Counted from the first letter of the stretch, positions 1 to 13,768 are shown. The stretch is 64,000 nt of DNA from Octopus vulgaris (GCA_951406725.2 OX597816.1:21762001-21826000); one strand, 5' to 3'. Program-made: numbers and translations. The notes: generated by a model from the letters alone, not told the origin.

Positions 1-345
1 ACAGTCGGACAAGTTGTTTTGTGAAAATTTGGTTTAAATGTTTGACAACTCAGCACCGTCCATTGGATGGGGGGTATTTTGCTCGTTTATATATAATTTA
101 AATCCCTTCCTAAATCATCTTTGCCAAACATCTTAAATTTCTCATTAGTGATAAGCATTTATAGTACTATTTCATCCTATTTAGAAACCTTCACCTTGAT
201 TTAAACTGTAATTTTGTTACTTAAATAAATTACAAATATAGACGTTACAGTAAAATTCAAAATGAAAGTAATGTTAGACTGGAGGAATATCATTCAATAT
301 TTCCATTATCTTGATAGCACTTTGTAGGTTTAAGAAAAGCTACAA

Positions 346-770
346 AGGCGTGGGTGTGTGGTAAGTAGCTTACTTATCAGCCCTATGGTCACGGTTTCAG
401 TCCCACTCCGTGGTATCTTGGGCAGGTGTCTTCTACTATAGCCTCGGGCAAATTAAAATCTCGTGAGTGGATTTGGTAGACGGAAACAAAAAGAAGCCCG
501 TCGTATATATATATATATATGTGTGGGGTTGTTTGTGTGACTGTGTTTGTCCCCTACCATTGCTCGACAACCGATGCTGATGTGTTTACGTCCGCGTAAC
601 TTAGCTCTTTGGTAAAAGAGACCGACAGAATAAGTAGCCGGCTTACAAAGAATAAGTCCTGGGGTCGATTTGTTCGACTAAAGGCGGTGCTCGAGCATGG
701 CCGCGATCAGCTGACTGAAACAAATAACAGGACAACAGAATAAAGGAATACAAGAATAAAAGAGTAGAAG
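346..770 (+). mobile_element. SINE family A (tRNA-like head, CORE-like segment, internal (TA)n/(TG)n, LINE-like 3' tail)
   Basis: A-box-like GTGTGGTAAG, B-box-like GGTTTCAGTCCC, CTTGGGCAGGTG, tail GGCGGTGCTCGAGCATGGCC; about 9 homologous copies in the window. Confidence 0.85.
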
Positions 771-1138
771 ACTAGCAATTGCGTAGAGAGAAATAAAATG
801 TTTCAAGGACGTTTGTACTCGTGAAATCGTGGGGAGGGGCAGTGAAGAGTTACAAGAATAACTACAAACGGTAAGCATAAAATCTTAGCATAAAATATTT
901 GTAACTGAGAAATGTCTCCTCTTATGTATCATTATGTCTATAATTCGTTAGCTCGTCGCACAAATTGCTATTTATGGCGCTATACTTTCTGAATTCATAT
1001 CGTTTTGTACTTTGATTTTCATCAACCGAGGGCCTATCAAATAAGTTACCAAATCATATTAGTCTTATATTATCGGCTGCTTACCTTAATCAAAATTGTA
1101 GCCATGTGACTATGTTAGAATTCAATATCATGTTATTT

Positions 1139-1790
1139 AATGGCGGCGAGCTGGCAGAAACGTTAGCACACCGGGCGAAATGCGTATCGGTATTTCGTCT
1201 GCCGCTACGTTCTTATTTCAAATTCCGCTGAGGTCGAATTTGCATTTCATCCTTTTGGGTCGATAAATTAAGTGCCTGTTACGCACTGGGATCGATGTAA
1301 TCGACTTAATCCCTTTGCCTGTCCTTGTTAGTACCCTCTATGTTTAGCCACTAGTGGGAAAGAAAGAAATAAGAAACGTTATCACGCCGGGCGAAATGCT
1401 CGGCGGTATTTCGTTAGGCTTTACGTTCTGAGTTCAAATTCCGTCGAGGTCGACTTTACCATTCATCCTTTCGAGGTCGATAAATTAAATGCCTGTTACG
1501 CACTGGGGTCGATGTAATCAGCTTAATCCCCTTGTCTGCCCTTATTTGTCCCCTCTATGTTTAGTTTCTTGTGAGCAATAAAGAAATAAGAAACGTTATC
1601 ACGCCGGGCAAAATGCTTAGCGGGATTTCGTGTTACGCTCTGAGTTCAAATTCCGCCGACCTTTGACTTTGCCTTTCATCCTATCGTGGTCGATAAATAA
1701 ATACCAGTTACGTACTGGGGTCGATCTAATCCACTGGCCCTATTCCCCCAAAATTTCGGGCCTTCAGCCTAGAGCTGAAAAGGATATTAT
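1139..1790 (+). mobile_element. SINE family B, head-to-tail trimer
   Basis: Three units with (GAG)TTCAAATTCCG..GAGGTCGACTTTGCCTTTCATCCTTTCG; the last unit ends in the alternative tail CCCCCAAAATTTCGGGCCTT. Confidence 0.85.
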
Positions 1791-2556
1791 GTTATCTATT
1801 TATTACAGTATGTTATATCTGAAATTCGAGCAAATCCACCATCGCGCTTTATCCATCCCGATTGATGAAATGATTAATAGTTACGTGTTCGTCTTAGAAC
1901 CCAAATAGAATTAAGGTTAGTGTCCTGATCTGAATACTTGATACGTGAACTCACCTAATGGCTAGCAAGAGATACAAGCAGTGGATTGAAGTAGCGCAGT
2001 GACACAGCTCATCGTTAATAATGATGTGCACTACAAATTAACTAATTGCTATTAATACTAAAAGCCCGTTGATACATTATATCTATTTTTTTGACAGTTT
2101 GATTCAATAAATCAATAAATTTAGTCCATTGTCTTCGATAGGCAAATGAACTAGAATTTTATCGTAGAAGACCCACATTCTCTTGACGTATTATTAGTTT
2201 TGCGAAGCAATTTGTAAGGAGATCCCCTGCTAAGTTCTGTCTCAGTATAAGAATCATTGTTGATTGCAATCAATCTATTTTCAAATTGATAACATTAGAC
2301 ACGAAACCTACCCATTCATTGCTGTTTCTTGCTGGCTTCTATGTCTGTCACATTTTGGACTTGTTTAGTTCTCTGTACACACACACACACACACACACAC
2401 ACAAAACACATACACACATACATTTGCCTGACTACATGCATATATATGTGTGTATCTGTCTGTGTGTGTGCGTGCAAGCAACATATATACAAGTATATTC
2501 TCACATGTGTTCATATATACTCATCTATACGATACAAACATTTAAATAGCTACATA

Positions 2557-2950
2557 TAGGTGCAGGAGTGGCTCTGTGTTAAGTAGCTTGTTTACCAACC
2601 ACATGGTTTCGGGTTCAGTCCCACTGCGTGGCACCTTGGGCAGGTGTATTCTACTATAGCTACGAGCCGACCAAATCCTTGTGAGTGGATTTGGTAGACG
2701 GAAACTGAAAGAAGCCCGTCGTATAAATATATATATATATGTATATATGTGTGTGTGTGTATGTATGTGTTTGTTCTCCCACCAGCAATGCTGGTGTGTT
2801 TAAATCCCCGTAACTTAGCGGTTCGGCAAAAGAGACCGATAAGTACTAGGCTTACAAAGAATAAGTTCTGGGGGCGGTTTGTTCGACTAAAGGTGGTGTT
2901 CCAGCATAGCCGCAGTCAAATGACTGAAATAAGTAAAAGAATAAAAGAAT
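2557..2950 (+). mobile_element. SINE family A
   Basis: Near full-length match to the other family A copies. Confidence 0.9.
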
Positions 2951-3277
2951 ATAGGAATATATATGTATATGCATATTTATTTGTTTATAACACACACACA
3001 CACACACACACACACGCATATATATATATGTATGTGTGTGTGTGTGTAATATATATATTCATATATGAACACACGTACGCATATGGAATAGTTTCTGCCT
3101 AGGCTGTATAGTTTTAGCCTTTCTATATTTAATCTATGAATTTTAATAATGTTTTAACAATAGCTGTAACTATGGTTTCGCGCATATTTTCATTACAGAA
3201 TCGTGAAAACCATGGAGTAGAAAATACGGAATACTTATCAAAAGTACATCAAAATATGCCTGTTTGTTTCTCGTCAA

Positions 3278-3476
3278 ACGCTACACACCTTCCTTCCAAA
3301 CATTGCTGCAAACAGCGGAAGTGATCTACAACATTAAACCTCAGCGCGGATACTCAACAGAGTTTAAGTTTCATCTGTACCAAGGGACTTTACTCAGCGG
3401 GCTTTAGCTTCGTTGCTATGGCAACAGCCCCGATACTTATTGATCAGATCTCGTAAGATTGGTTTGAATCGTCCAA
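3278..3476 (-). mobile_element. Solo mariner 5' end plus flank, similar to 11917-12116
   Basis: Highly similar to the end of the 11.2-12.1 kb mariner, including about 22 bp beyond the terminal TA. Confidence 0.75.
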
Positions 3477-3899
3477 CCATTGTGCCATTTCAATAATTTA
3501 GCTTTCCGATATACTTCAGTTCCTGACATCACGATTTGTTAGCATATAAACTGATAGAGTAACTAATAGCTAATTATTGAAAACGTTACCTGAATATTTG
3601 CAAGAGAGTAGAATAAATTCCTTTAAAGTTGCAAAGGGACATTATCACAGGTTTTGAAGAGAACTATGAACAAACGTAACATTCAAAATGGCGACAACAT
3701 ATAGGTGAGTAAAAGGTTGCAATTAGCTGCGTAGTCTCACTGCAAAAATGCCTCAGAGCTATTATAAGCACTGTTCACTAACTGAGTGATTCAATAATTG
3801 CCACGCATCTTTTTCTGTAGGCTAATGATGTAGAAAGGAATTCGCCGTAACTTCTATACCTCAGTCACCTAATTAGTTAAAAAATGCATTCCAGTAGGC

Positions 3900-4500
<601 letters not shown>

Positions 4501-4555
4501 ATATTTCGTTTCTGGAGTTGGTTTGCAAGATTCTTTATATGAGTTCGTGTGTTGA

Positions 4556-4750
4556 AGCATATTGTGTCTAGGGAGAGTCATTCTCTTTTGCTGCCTTATA
4601 ATTAATCACAGGTAGTCAAAACTATTGAAAAAGCAGCATGACGCAGCGAAAATTTTAGAAAAATATAAAAAGTGGAAATTTTACCGGTGAGTGTGTTAAA
4701 TTATAAGGCACCAAAAGAGAATGACTCTCCCCAGACACAACAGAATATGC
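4556..4750. repeat. About 50-bp inverted repeat with about 90-bp spacer
   Basis: TGTGTCTAGGGAGAGTCATTCTCTTTTGCTGCCTTATAATT vs AATTATAAGGCACCAAAAGAGAATGACTCTCCCCAGACACA. Confidence 0.85.
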
Positions 4751-4764
4751 ATACATATATATAG

Positions 4765-4925
4765 AAGTGGTTGTGTGGTAAGTAACTTGATTACCAGCCA
4801 CATGGTTCCGGGATCAGTCTCACTGCATGCCACCTGGGGCAAGTGTCTTCCATTATAGCCTCGGGCCGACCAGAGCCTTGTGAGTAGATTTGATAGACGG
4901 AATCTGAATGAAGCCTGTCGTGTAT
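4765..4925 (+). mobile_element. SINE family A, 5' half only
   Basis: Head and CORE-like part present, then microsatellite and the LINE 3' end. Confidence 0.8.
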
Positions 4926-4957
4926 ATATTTTTCTGTGTGTATGTATGTATATGTAT

Positions 4958-5003
<46 letters not shown>

Positions 5004-5160
5004 GTTTATATGTATATATATATATATGTATATTTATGTATGTATGTATGCATATATGTGTGTATATACATATATATATGTGTATATATATATATATATA
5101 GGCATTTATATAAATATATATATATATATGTATGTATATATATGTATATATATATTTTTT

Positions 5161-8100
5161 TAAATCTAGTTTCAGCTCACAAGCTGTGGCCATGCTGGGG
5201 CACCGCCATTTGCTGTTGCTACATGATTATACTTCACGAATGCTTTTTAGCAACTGCCATTTGGTGCATGTGAGAGTTCGATGCAGTTGCCCTCATCTGC
5301 ACCTCCTGCCGTGAAGTTGGTTCATCTGGTACACCTGGAAAGAAGAGACCCAGTTTTATTTTAAAGACATCTGCATCCACCCCATGCAAGTCTCTTAGGT
5401 TCTTCGGGAGGATATTGAAGAGCTGTGGGCCTCGGAAGCCCAGGCTATCACAGTATCTCGTCCTACATCTTGATGGCAAATTTGGAGTCCTTGGCACTAT
5501 GCAGTGGAGCCCAGTTCTGGCATTTGTGTAACTCTCGATGCCAAAGTTTGGGACAAGTCCTTCTAGGATCTTCTAGATGTATATTATGGCATATCTTTCT
5601 CGCCTACGCTCTAAGGAATAGAGTCTTAATATCTTGAGTCTTTCCCAGTAGCTTATATGCTGCACAGAGGCTATCTTCTTCGTGTAGCTTCGTTGGATCA
5701 CCTCAATTTCTGTGATTAACTTGACACTGGATGGTGACCATAGCCGAGAGCAATATTCAAAGTGGCTTAGGACAAGTGTCCTCCAGAGGACCATCATGGT
5801 TTCCTGGTCTCTTATTCTAAAGGTTCTAAGAATCCATCCAGTCAGCCACCTACATTTCATTGCCAATTTAGCAACATGCACATGAAAGTTTGCATCATCA
5901 CTCATGTAAATACCCAGGTCTCGCACTGATTGTGCCTCTGAGATTGCAATCCCTCCAGGTCCAGTGTATTCATTGGGTATTTCATTTAGTTTTGTATGCT
6001 GATAGCATAAAACTTGAAACTTTTCAGCATTGAACTGCATGCTATTCTATTCAGCTCACTAGTATATTTTGTGTAGCTCACATTGCAGGTGCTTAGTGTC
6101 TTCAGGGTTCTGTATTGCCTGTGAAACTTTTGTATCATCTGCATAACTTGTGATCGTGGCTCTCTGCGTGGCTGAGGGCATGTCTGAGAGGGCCATTATG
6201 AACAGTAGTGGTCCCAAAACAGTGCCCTGCGGAACTCCGCTCACTATTTGCGTGTTAATGGAAGTGGCCCCGCCCCATTGGCTACTCCCACCTGATTTCT
6301 ATCCTTCAGAAAGTCATGAAGCCATTCTCCCAATTTTACAACTATGCCAAGATCACGCAGTTTGTGATATATCATTCCATGATCGACTTTATCAAAGGCC
6401 TTTGCAAAGTCGAGATATATCACTTCCACATTTGAGTGGTTGAGCAGTCGTTTCAGCACTCAGTCGTAGTGTTGTAGGAGCTGAGTTAAGTAGCTTCTTC
6501 CTGGTCGGAAACCATGTTGGGTGTCAGGCAGCAAGTCATTTTCTTCAAGGAAGGTGATTAGTTTCCTTCTGACTATTCGTTCCATGATCTGCCGATGTGT
6601 GAGGTCAGAGAGATAGGTCTGTAGTTCTTAGCCTCCACTCTGCTACCTCCTTTATAAATAGGGCATATTTTACTTTCCTTCAGTTTTCTTGGAAGTTTGC
6701 CAGTTGCAAGGAAGCTCAGAAAGAGGAACTGCAGTGGTCTTGCTAGGAATCTCTTACATAATTTTGGAAGGATTGCTGGGAAACCATCGGGGCTAGAAGC
6801 TGAGTTTCTTTTCATTTCATCTATAGCCTTTATTACATCGTCTTCCTTTATATTGATGTAATCAATCATCGCTGCCTCTGATTTTATATCTGCAGTGGTA
6901 AAGAAGTCAGTTGGATTGCTGACGTGAAAATGCCCAAGGGGTGGAGGGAAAATACTCTTGAATTGCTCATTTAGTATTTCACTTATCTTCATTGGATTTC
7001 CTGTGATTGTGCCATCCTTTTCAAGGAGTGAACCTATCCAACAGTGCACCGTAGTTGTTTCTTTGGCATACCTGTAGAAAGCTCTGAGGTTAGATTTTAT
7101 GTTGTCTATAGCCCAGGCTTCTTTGTCTGCTCTTTCTTTTTCATGGGAGAGTTGCAGACATTTTTCAATTTCCAATAGTTTTATTTTCAGGCGGGACTTT
7201 TCACTGCTTTCAATTTGTTTGTTTAGGCGATTTGAAACCATTGTACGCCGTCTCATTAGAAATTTGCCCTCCCTGTGGATTTTGTTCTTATGTACAGTGG
7301 CCTTTCTCTCTGGGACACATTTGTAGCATATGGCTTGCATTACAGACATGAATTGTTGAAGTTTCATGTCGATGTCTGGCGAGGAGAGACATTCAGGCCA
7401 GTTTTGTTTGAGGATCTCTTTCTCAATTTGTTTCCAGTTTGCCTTATGGAAGTTCAAGCTGGAAAGATTCTGAGAGATTCTTTTAGGCTGCATGTCCATG
7501 CTTTCCTTTGGCCCGTACATGGTCAGCTCTACCATGTTGTGATCCGAGAGTAGTGTCGGTGTCACTTTCACATTATGGATGAGATCCATATTATTTGTGA
7601 AGCAGTGATCCAGTATGTTACCTGCCCTGGTTGATTGGAGTATTACTTGCTCCATGTACAGTGTTGATGAGTTTCAGAAGGGACCTCGCCTGTCCTCATT
7701 CACATCGTGTCATTCCTGAGAGAGAAAAGCCCTCGGGCCTTCTGACATTGGGTAGATTGAAGTCTCCCATAAGAAGTACACTTATGTGTACTTCTTATGT
7801 GACTAGAACTTCTATTTTCATAAGGCAGTCTTCAAACTTGCCTACATGGCTTGGGGCATCTGGGGGGTGATATGTAGCACATATAACTACACCAAGTTGC
7901 CTTATATGTACAATTAGTGTGTCACACACAAAATCTGAGTATAACAAAAGGACCTGGAGTGTGAGGTCTTCGCGGATGTACATAGCAACTCCTCCAATAT
8001 TCCTTTCTTTTCTGTCGGTCCGTAGTACAACATACTGTGGTATGTGTATTTCCGCATCTGCTATGTCCGGTTTTAGGTGTGTTTCCGTAAGTGCTATGCA

Positions 8101-8418
8101 TAAGGCCTGATTGCAGGCAACAAAGTCTCTCAAGAACGGGATTTTTGTTCTGTTACTGAGTGTTAGCAGTCTTCTGATGTTCAGTAGGAGCATCGAGGTG
8201 ATGTGTATGCTGTTGCCAGTAGTGTCCACCTTGGGTCTATTTGGTGTGGCGGTCTTGTGTATTGTGGATAGTTCCATCTGCGAGATCGAGTTTGATGGAT
8301 CCAGGTTAGCTGCTGTACAATATTTTGTGCCATGCACAAAAAAGATTCTTGTTCAGCAGCCGCCCTTTCATTAACATGTTGGCGGTTTGTAGCACGCACC
8401 ACATCTGCGTACCTCTGA
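5161..8418 (-). mobile_element. CR1/L2-group non-LTR retrotransposon, 5'-truncated, frameshifted ORF2 (APE endonuclease + RT)
   Basis: APE motifs LNIRRL, IALTETHL, RTDR..GGVAMY (7795-8337); NILDHCF, NYRPISLTS (6573-7655); YLDFAKAFDKVDH, SGVPQGTVLGPLLF, YADD, VRDLGI, SLERRRER in successive frames; flanked by (TA)n. Confidence 0.92.
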
Positions 8419-8435
8419 ATGTATATATATATATA

Positions 8436-8593
<158 letters not shown>

Positions 8594-8601
8594 AATATAT
8601 G

Positions 8602-8636
<35 letters not shown>

Positions 8637-8763
8637 TCAGCAAAAATTTAGATTCAAATGAATATGGTACGTAATTTAGATGCAGCAGAATTCTGTACGG
8701 TGTTATCCATGAAAATCCGTGGCGGTGATTATAACCAAAATAAGCAACAAGGATGACCCCGGT

Positions 8764-8854
8764 AATTTGGTACGATCGTTTCGTACTACATCATTTTATT
8801 AAATGTTGTAAGTATTACAACAGTTTTAAAATGCAGAATACTCATCAGCCAATT
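8764..8854 (-). ncRNA. Type I hammerhead ribozyme motif (Penelope-type), intact core
   Basis: Minus strand: AATTGG-CTGATGA-long stem II (GTATT...TGTTGTAA tac TTACAACA...AGTAC)-GAAA-C-GATC-G-TA|CCAAATT. Confidence 0.8.
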
Positions 8855-10596
8855 ATAGTGGTTTTCCATTAATACAAAAGTGTTCATATCAAGTATAAAT
8901 CTGAAATCTGAATCAATGGATGAAATTAGATGAGATCACCAAGTGGTATAAATGAGGAAGTCTCCGATATCCAAATAGCGACCGGCCTCAGCAGAAAGGC
9001 AGCCAGGGGCCTGCTCTCTTTGGAATGTAATTAGTTAAAGACTGAAACACTTGCCTGAAGAGGATTTCTCCTATGAAGACCTGCTGTTCATCTCCATTTT
9101 TTTTACAATATATGTATATGTGTGTATATGTGCGTATGTGTGTGTCTGTGTCTGTGTTCCCATCATAATCCATCACTCAAACATATATATACATACATAT
9201 ATATACATACACATGCACACATACACGCAAGCACACACACACACGCATATATATATATATAAATTTAAATAATAAGGGTAAAAATCTTTTCATAGTTGTC
9301 AGACCATATGGTTTCCACCCCTAGCATAATGGATATCTTCTTAGTGGTCATCCCTCTTTTATGTATATATGTATTTATATATATTCTTTTAACTTAGTCA
9401 TAGATATATAATGCAAAGGCAATAATTAGAAGTCAATATACGGCATATTACGTAACAGTAAACTATCGAGTCGGTATAGAGCTTACGCTGGATCAATGAA
9501 GAACAAAAGAACAGGAAATGTTTATGCGCTTCATAGCTTAAAGTTGTTTCTATTGTAAGTAAGCGTACAGGTAGAAGTGAATGTTCATGTGACATCTTTT
9601 AACTTCCTCGGAGTCACCTACAAGAAGTGTTTCTTTATCGCGGAAAATCATTTCAATATTAGTCGGGTAAATGCAGACATACAATATCTTACTACAGTCT
9701 ATCTCTTTATCGAAGTTTTCCACTTAGCCTATTAGTCTTCTGGTGTTGATTAAATCAGTACCAGTAACATACTGGTTTCTTTATATTAGTGCTTTCTCAC
9801 GTAGCCAAATCGAGGCTGTCTCTGTCTATGCAAGAAAATCTAAATAATCTAAAATATAATGATTGCGATAGCTTGCATTTTTCTTTATATTTGTGTTTTA
9901 TATTCTAAACATAATAGGTGAATAGAGTGAAAAATAAAGTATTCATGGAAAATGAATGTAATATCTCTTCATATAATTGCTTTTGTCATGAATGTGATTT
10001 ACTAGATTTTGGAAGAAATTCGACTACTGAAACCCAAATGGAAAACAACACAAAACAAATTAAAACAAAACGCCAATATTCCAAGAATATATTTCTTATT
10101 GCCCATTCTACAATGAAGAAATTAAACATTGCAATAATTAGCTAATAAAAATTTATTAGCAGCAATATTGGACTTTTCATTACCTCCGTGTTTACCAGAA
10201 CACTGAATAATTATTGATAAACCAAAATACATTTTTATACAACTCATTTCTTCCTTATCTTCCATTATCTTTAATTGGCAGCCTTTAATGGCAATTTTTA
10301 ATGAAGAAATTAGCGATATTTTTGGAGAGGAACTGACAGAATAATGATATCATTAGATTAAGCCAAAATGCCAATTTTACTTAGGGGAATAGCTATCTTT
10401 TCAGATACATGTTCCAATATCATATGTGTACTGTCCTCCTTAATATTTTCCTGTAATCTATAACTAATTATTTACACGTATATTGGAAAAACTATTTACT
10501 AATAAGAAATAGTTCAAATAAAATATACAAAAATATATGGTTAACCCAAAGCTAGTTTCAGATTTTCAATAGAATTAATGGGAAACCTGGTATATT

Positions 10597-11210
10597 AAGG
10601 CGGTGAGATAGCAAAATAGCACGCCGGGTAAAAAATATCCTAGCAGTGTTTCATCCGACGACTTTCAGAGTTCTAATTTCGCCGTGGTCCACTTTGCTTT
10701 ACATCCTTTTGGCGGTCGATAAAATAAGTACCAATTGATCACTGTTGTTCAAGTAGTCGACCTATCCCCTACTGGAAATTACTGGTCTTGTACTAAACCT
10801 TTGTAGATGCTGGTATGGCCGTGTGGTAACTTTATTCCGAAACAACTTAGTTCCGCGTTCAGTCCCACTGCATGGCGCCTTGGACAAGTGTCTTATGATG
10901 TAGCCTCAGGTTCATAAAAGACAGATGAGGTGGATTTGGTAGATGGAAACTGAAAGAAGCCCGCCTCATACATATGTGTGTGTGCATCTGTGTGTTTGCA
11001 TGTCCTATTTATGTGTGTCACCCAGCACCGTCTGACAACCAGAGTTGGCTTATTTATATTCCTGTAACTTAGCGCTTCGACAAAAGAGGCTGATTAAAAA
11101 CGTACCCAAGTCCAATAAAATAAGTCTTGGGATGAATGTGTTACTTTAAATAATTCAATGTGACTCTCCATGATAGCCGTAATGCAGTGGTTGAAACAAG
11201 TACAAGTTTT
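10597..11210 (+). mobile_element. Diverged SINE B (10597-10800) followed by diverged SINE A (10805-11210)
   Basis: Recognisable but decayed family motifs. Confidence 0.75.
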
Positions 11211-11219
11211 TAAATACTT

Positions 11220-12095
11220 GGTCTGATCAATAACTATCTGGACTGTTTCCATAGTAACGAAGCTACAGCATGCAGAGTAAAGCCGCTGGGCACAGATTGA
11301 CCTTAAGTACTGTTGTGTATGTACACTAAGTTTTAATGTTCTAGCCCATTCCTGATGTTTACATCAGTGCTTGGAAGGAAAGTGTGTCGCGTGTGTTCAT
11401 CGCATTGACCATGACAGAGAAAGCTGATAAGAGAATCATCAAATTTTGCCCAAATCTTGGCGATACCTGCTCAGAGGCCTACGCAAGGTTTTCATCATTC
11501 TCGATACAATCAAGGAGATCTTGTGTAACTGAAACCCAAGTGTCTTTTTGGTCAGCTGAAAACAGTTTTGCCACAAACCTTGTAGACACGCGTCTCATAT
11601 CCAAATATTCAGAGGTAATGGACTGAACTGAACCGAAAGTAATCTACACATCCTCTGATAACTCATAGATGGCGATTCGTCGACTTCCACTCACAGCTGC
11701 ACGCACATTTGCGAAGCTTTATCTCAGTTCTGCTGGTTGCGGGTCTCCAATAACATTCGTCAATAGCGACATTTTTCGGCCATCTTGGAAACGTCTGAAT
11801 CACTCGTACACTTGTGAGCGGCTCATACACTCCTCTCCATACACTTACTGTAACTTCGCGTTGGCCTCTGAGCAGGTATCACCATGACAACTTTGTCATG
11901 GTCAATGCAACGATCACACGCTACACACCTTCCTTCCAAACACAGCTGTAAACAGCGGAAGTGATCTAGAACATTAAACCTCGGCGAGCATACTCAACAG
12001 AGTTTAAGGTTCATTTGTTCCAAGCGGCCTTACTCTGCGGGCTTTAGCTTCGTTACTATGGCAACAATCCCGATACTTATTGATCAGATCTCATA
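11220..12095. mobile_element. Mariner derivative made of two 5' ends in inverted orientation
   Basis: TIRs TCTGATCAATAA...CCATAGTAACGAAGCTA and its complement; + strand MTEKADKRIIKFC..LGDTCSEAYA; minus strand VYGEECMSRSQVYE*FRRFQDGR...MRRVSTRFVAKL (WVP-like region). Confidence 0.8.
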
Positions 12096-13211
12096 AGATT
12101 GGTTTGAATCGTCCAATGTTGGTACCGTTTCACCGTCACTCTAGTTCTATTAAACGACAAAATCATCCTTAAATCTACGATACGCTTATTAAAATTTTGA
12201 CACCTCGAATGAATTTATGCTCGAAATAAAAAAAATAACGGATGAATTTATCGACATAATACATGGTTTTACCTTTAAGTCTAGTTGACAATGGCTGATT
12301 TGGTGCTAAACAACGAGTCTGTGAGATAAATGATATTTTGTTATTAAAATGACAGACTCTTTCTTAGTGGATTTATAGCTTTATAGCGACAATCTCTTGT
12401 AAAGCGCTGTTCTATACTTTATTTCGTAACGACTTGGTCGTGATGCAGACGCGATTATCCAACAGTACTGGACAGGAATTAATTTTCACTAATCAATCAT
12501 CGATTAGGGCTGAACATATTTTATGCGTTCCCTAATCAGTTGTGATTGATTTCCACTCCGTTTGTTAACGAAAGAATAGTCCATCTAGCAAACATTCCTA
12601 CGCGAATCCTTCAGCTTTTATCGATAAAAGTATATTTTAACTGTTATATCACACACCAGTGTTGTTTTTGTGAAATCTTCAGCCTCAACACTATTGTTTT
12701 ATTTGAATTATTCGGAGAAAAGAGGGAGCGAAGAGGGCAGGAAAAGCGTTGGAGGAAGAGAGAGAGAGAGAGAAATAGATTTGAGTACACGTGAACCACA
12801 CGCGTAAATTTATTTATATATACACAGAGGTACATATATACGAGTTCGTGTATAGATAGCTTGATATATATATATATAGAGATAGATGATACATGCATAC
12901 ACACTGATAAACACATACACACACATACATACACACACACATATGAATACATATATTCTCGTAACGGCACATATTGCATACATCACATAAGCGTGCAAAC
13001 ACACATACACACAAGTATATACACACATATGTATTTACACATATATAAATGTTTGCATATATAAATCTTTGCACGCTGTTATTAGCTGACTTCGGTCCTT
13101 ATAATCTCCATTTCTCAAAACTGAACTGGAAATTGCGTGTCTATAACAGGTGTGCCACTCACACCTTACTCGATAAACCTCTACTGGAACGTTTGAAATA
13201 TATATATATAT

Positions 13212-13270
<59 letters not shown>

Positions 13271-13276
<6 letters not shown>

Positions 13277-13373
13277 ATATTAATTAGAGACAACGCCACT
13301 ATTTTGTATTGGATTAAGTCTTTCTTTGTTTGATTTGCAACATAGTGGTTTTGTCTCTAATTAATATTATATA
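13271..13373. repeat. Hairpin with about 31-bp arms
   Basis: TATATAATATTAATTAGAGACAA-CG-CCACTA vs TAGTGG-TT-TTGTCTCTAATTAATATTATATA. Confidence 0.85.
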
Positions 13374-13443
13374 TTTTACTATAAAATTGGATTCAATCCT
13401 AAATCTGATTTTTCCCTGTAAATTTGGATTTATTCCCTAATAT

Positions 13444-13506
<63 letters not shown>

Positions 13507-13535
13507 CTTTCTGTATTTGTGCATGTTTATATCTG

Positions 13536-13768
13536 TTTCTTTATTACCCACAAGGGGATAAACATAGAGAGGGCAAACAAAGACAGTCAAACGGATTAAG
13601 TCGATTACATCGACCCCAGTGCGTAACTGGTACTTAATTTATCGACCCCGAAAGGATGAAAGGCAAAGTTGACCTCGGCGGAATTTGAACTCAGAACGTA
13701 ACGGCAGACGAAATACGGCTACGCATTTCGCCCGACGTGCTTAACGATTCTGCCAGCTCGCCGCCTTA
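13536..13768 (-). mobile_element. SINE family B monomer with 13-bp TSD
   Basis: TSD ATGTTTATATCTG at 13523 and 13769. Confidence 0.92.

Noticed and set aside
9296-9350. GAAACCATATGGTC hammerhead half on the minus strand
   Set aside because: The CUGANGA box is decayed (CTAAGAAG) and stem I is poor; noted only as a relic, not listed as a feature
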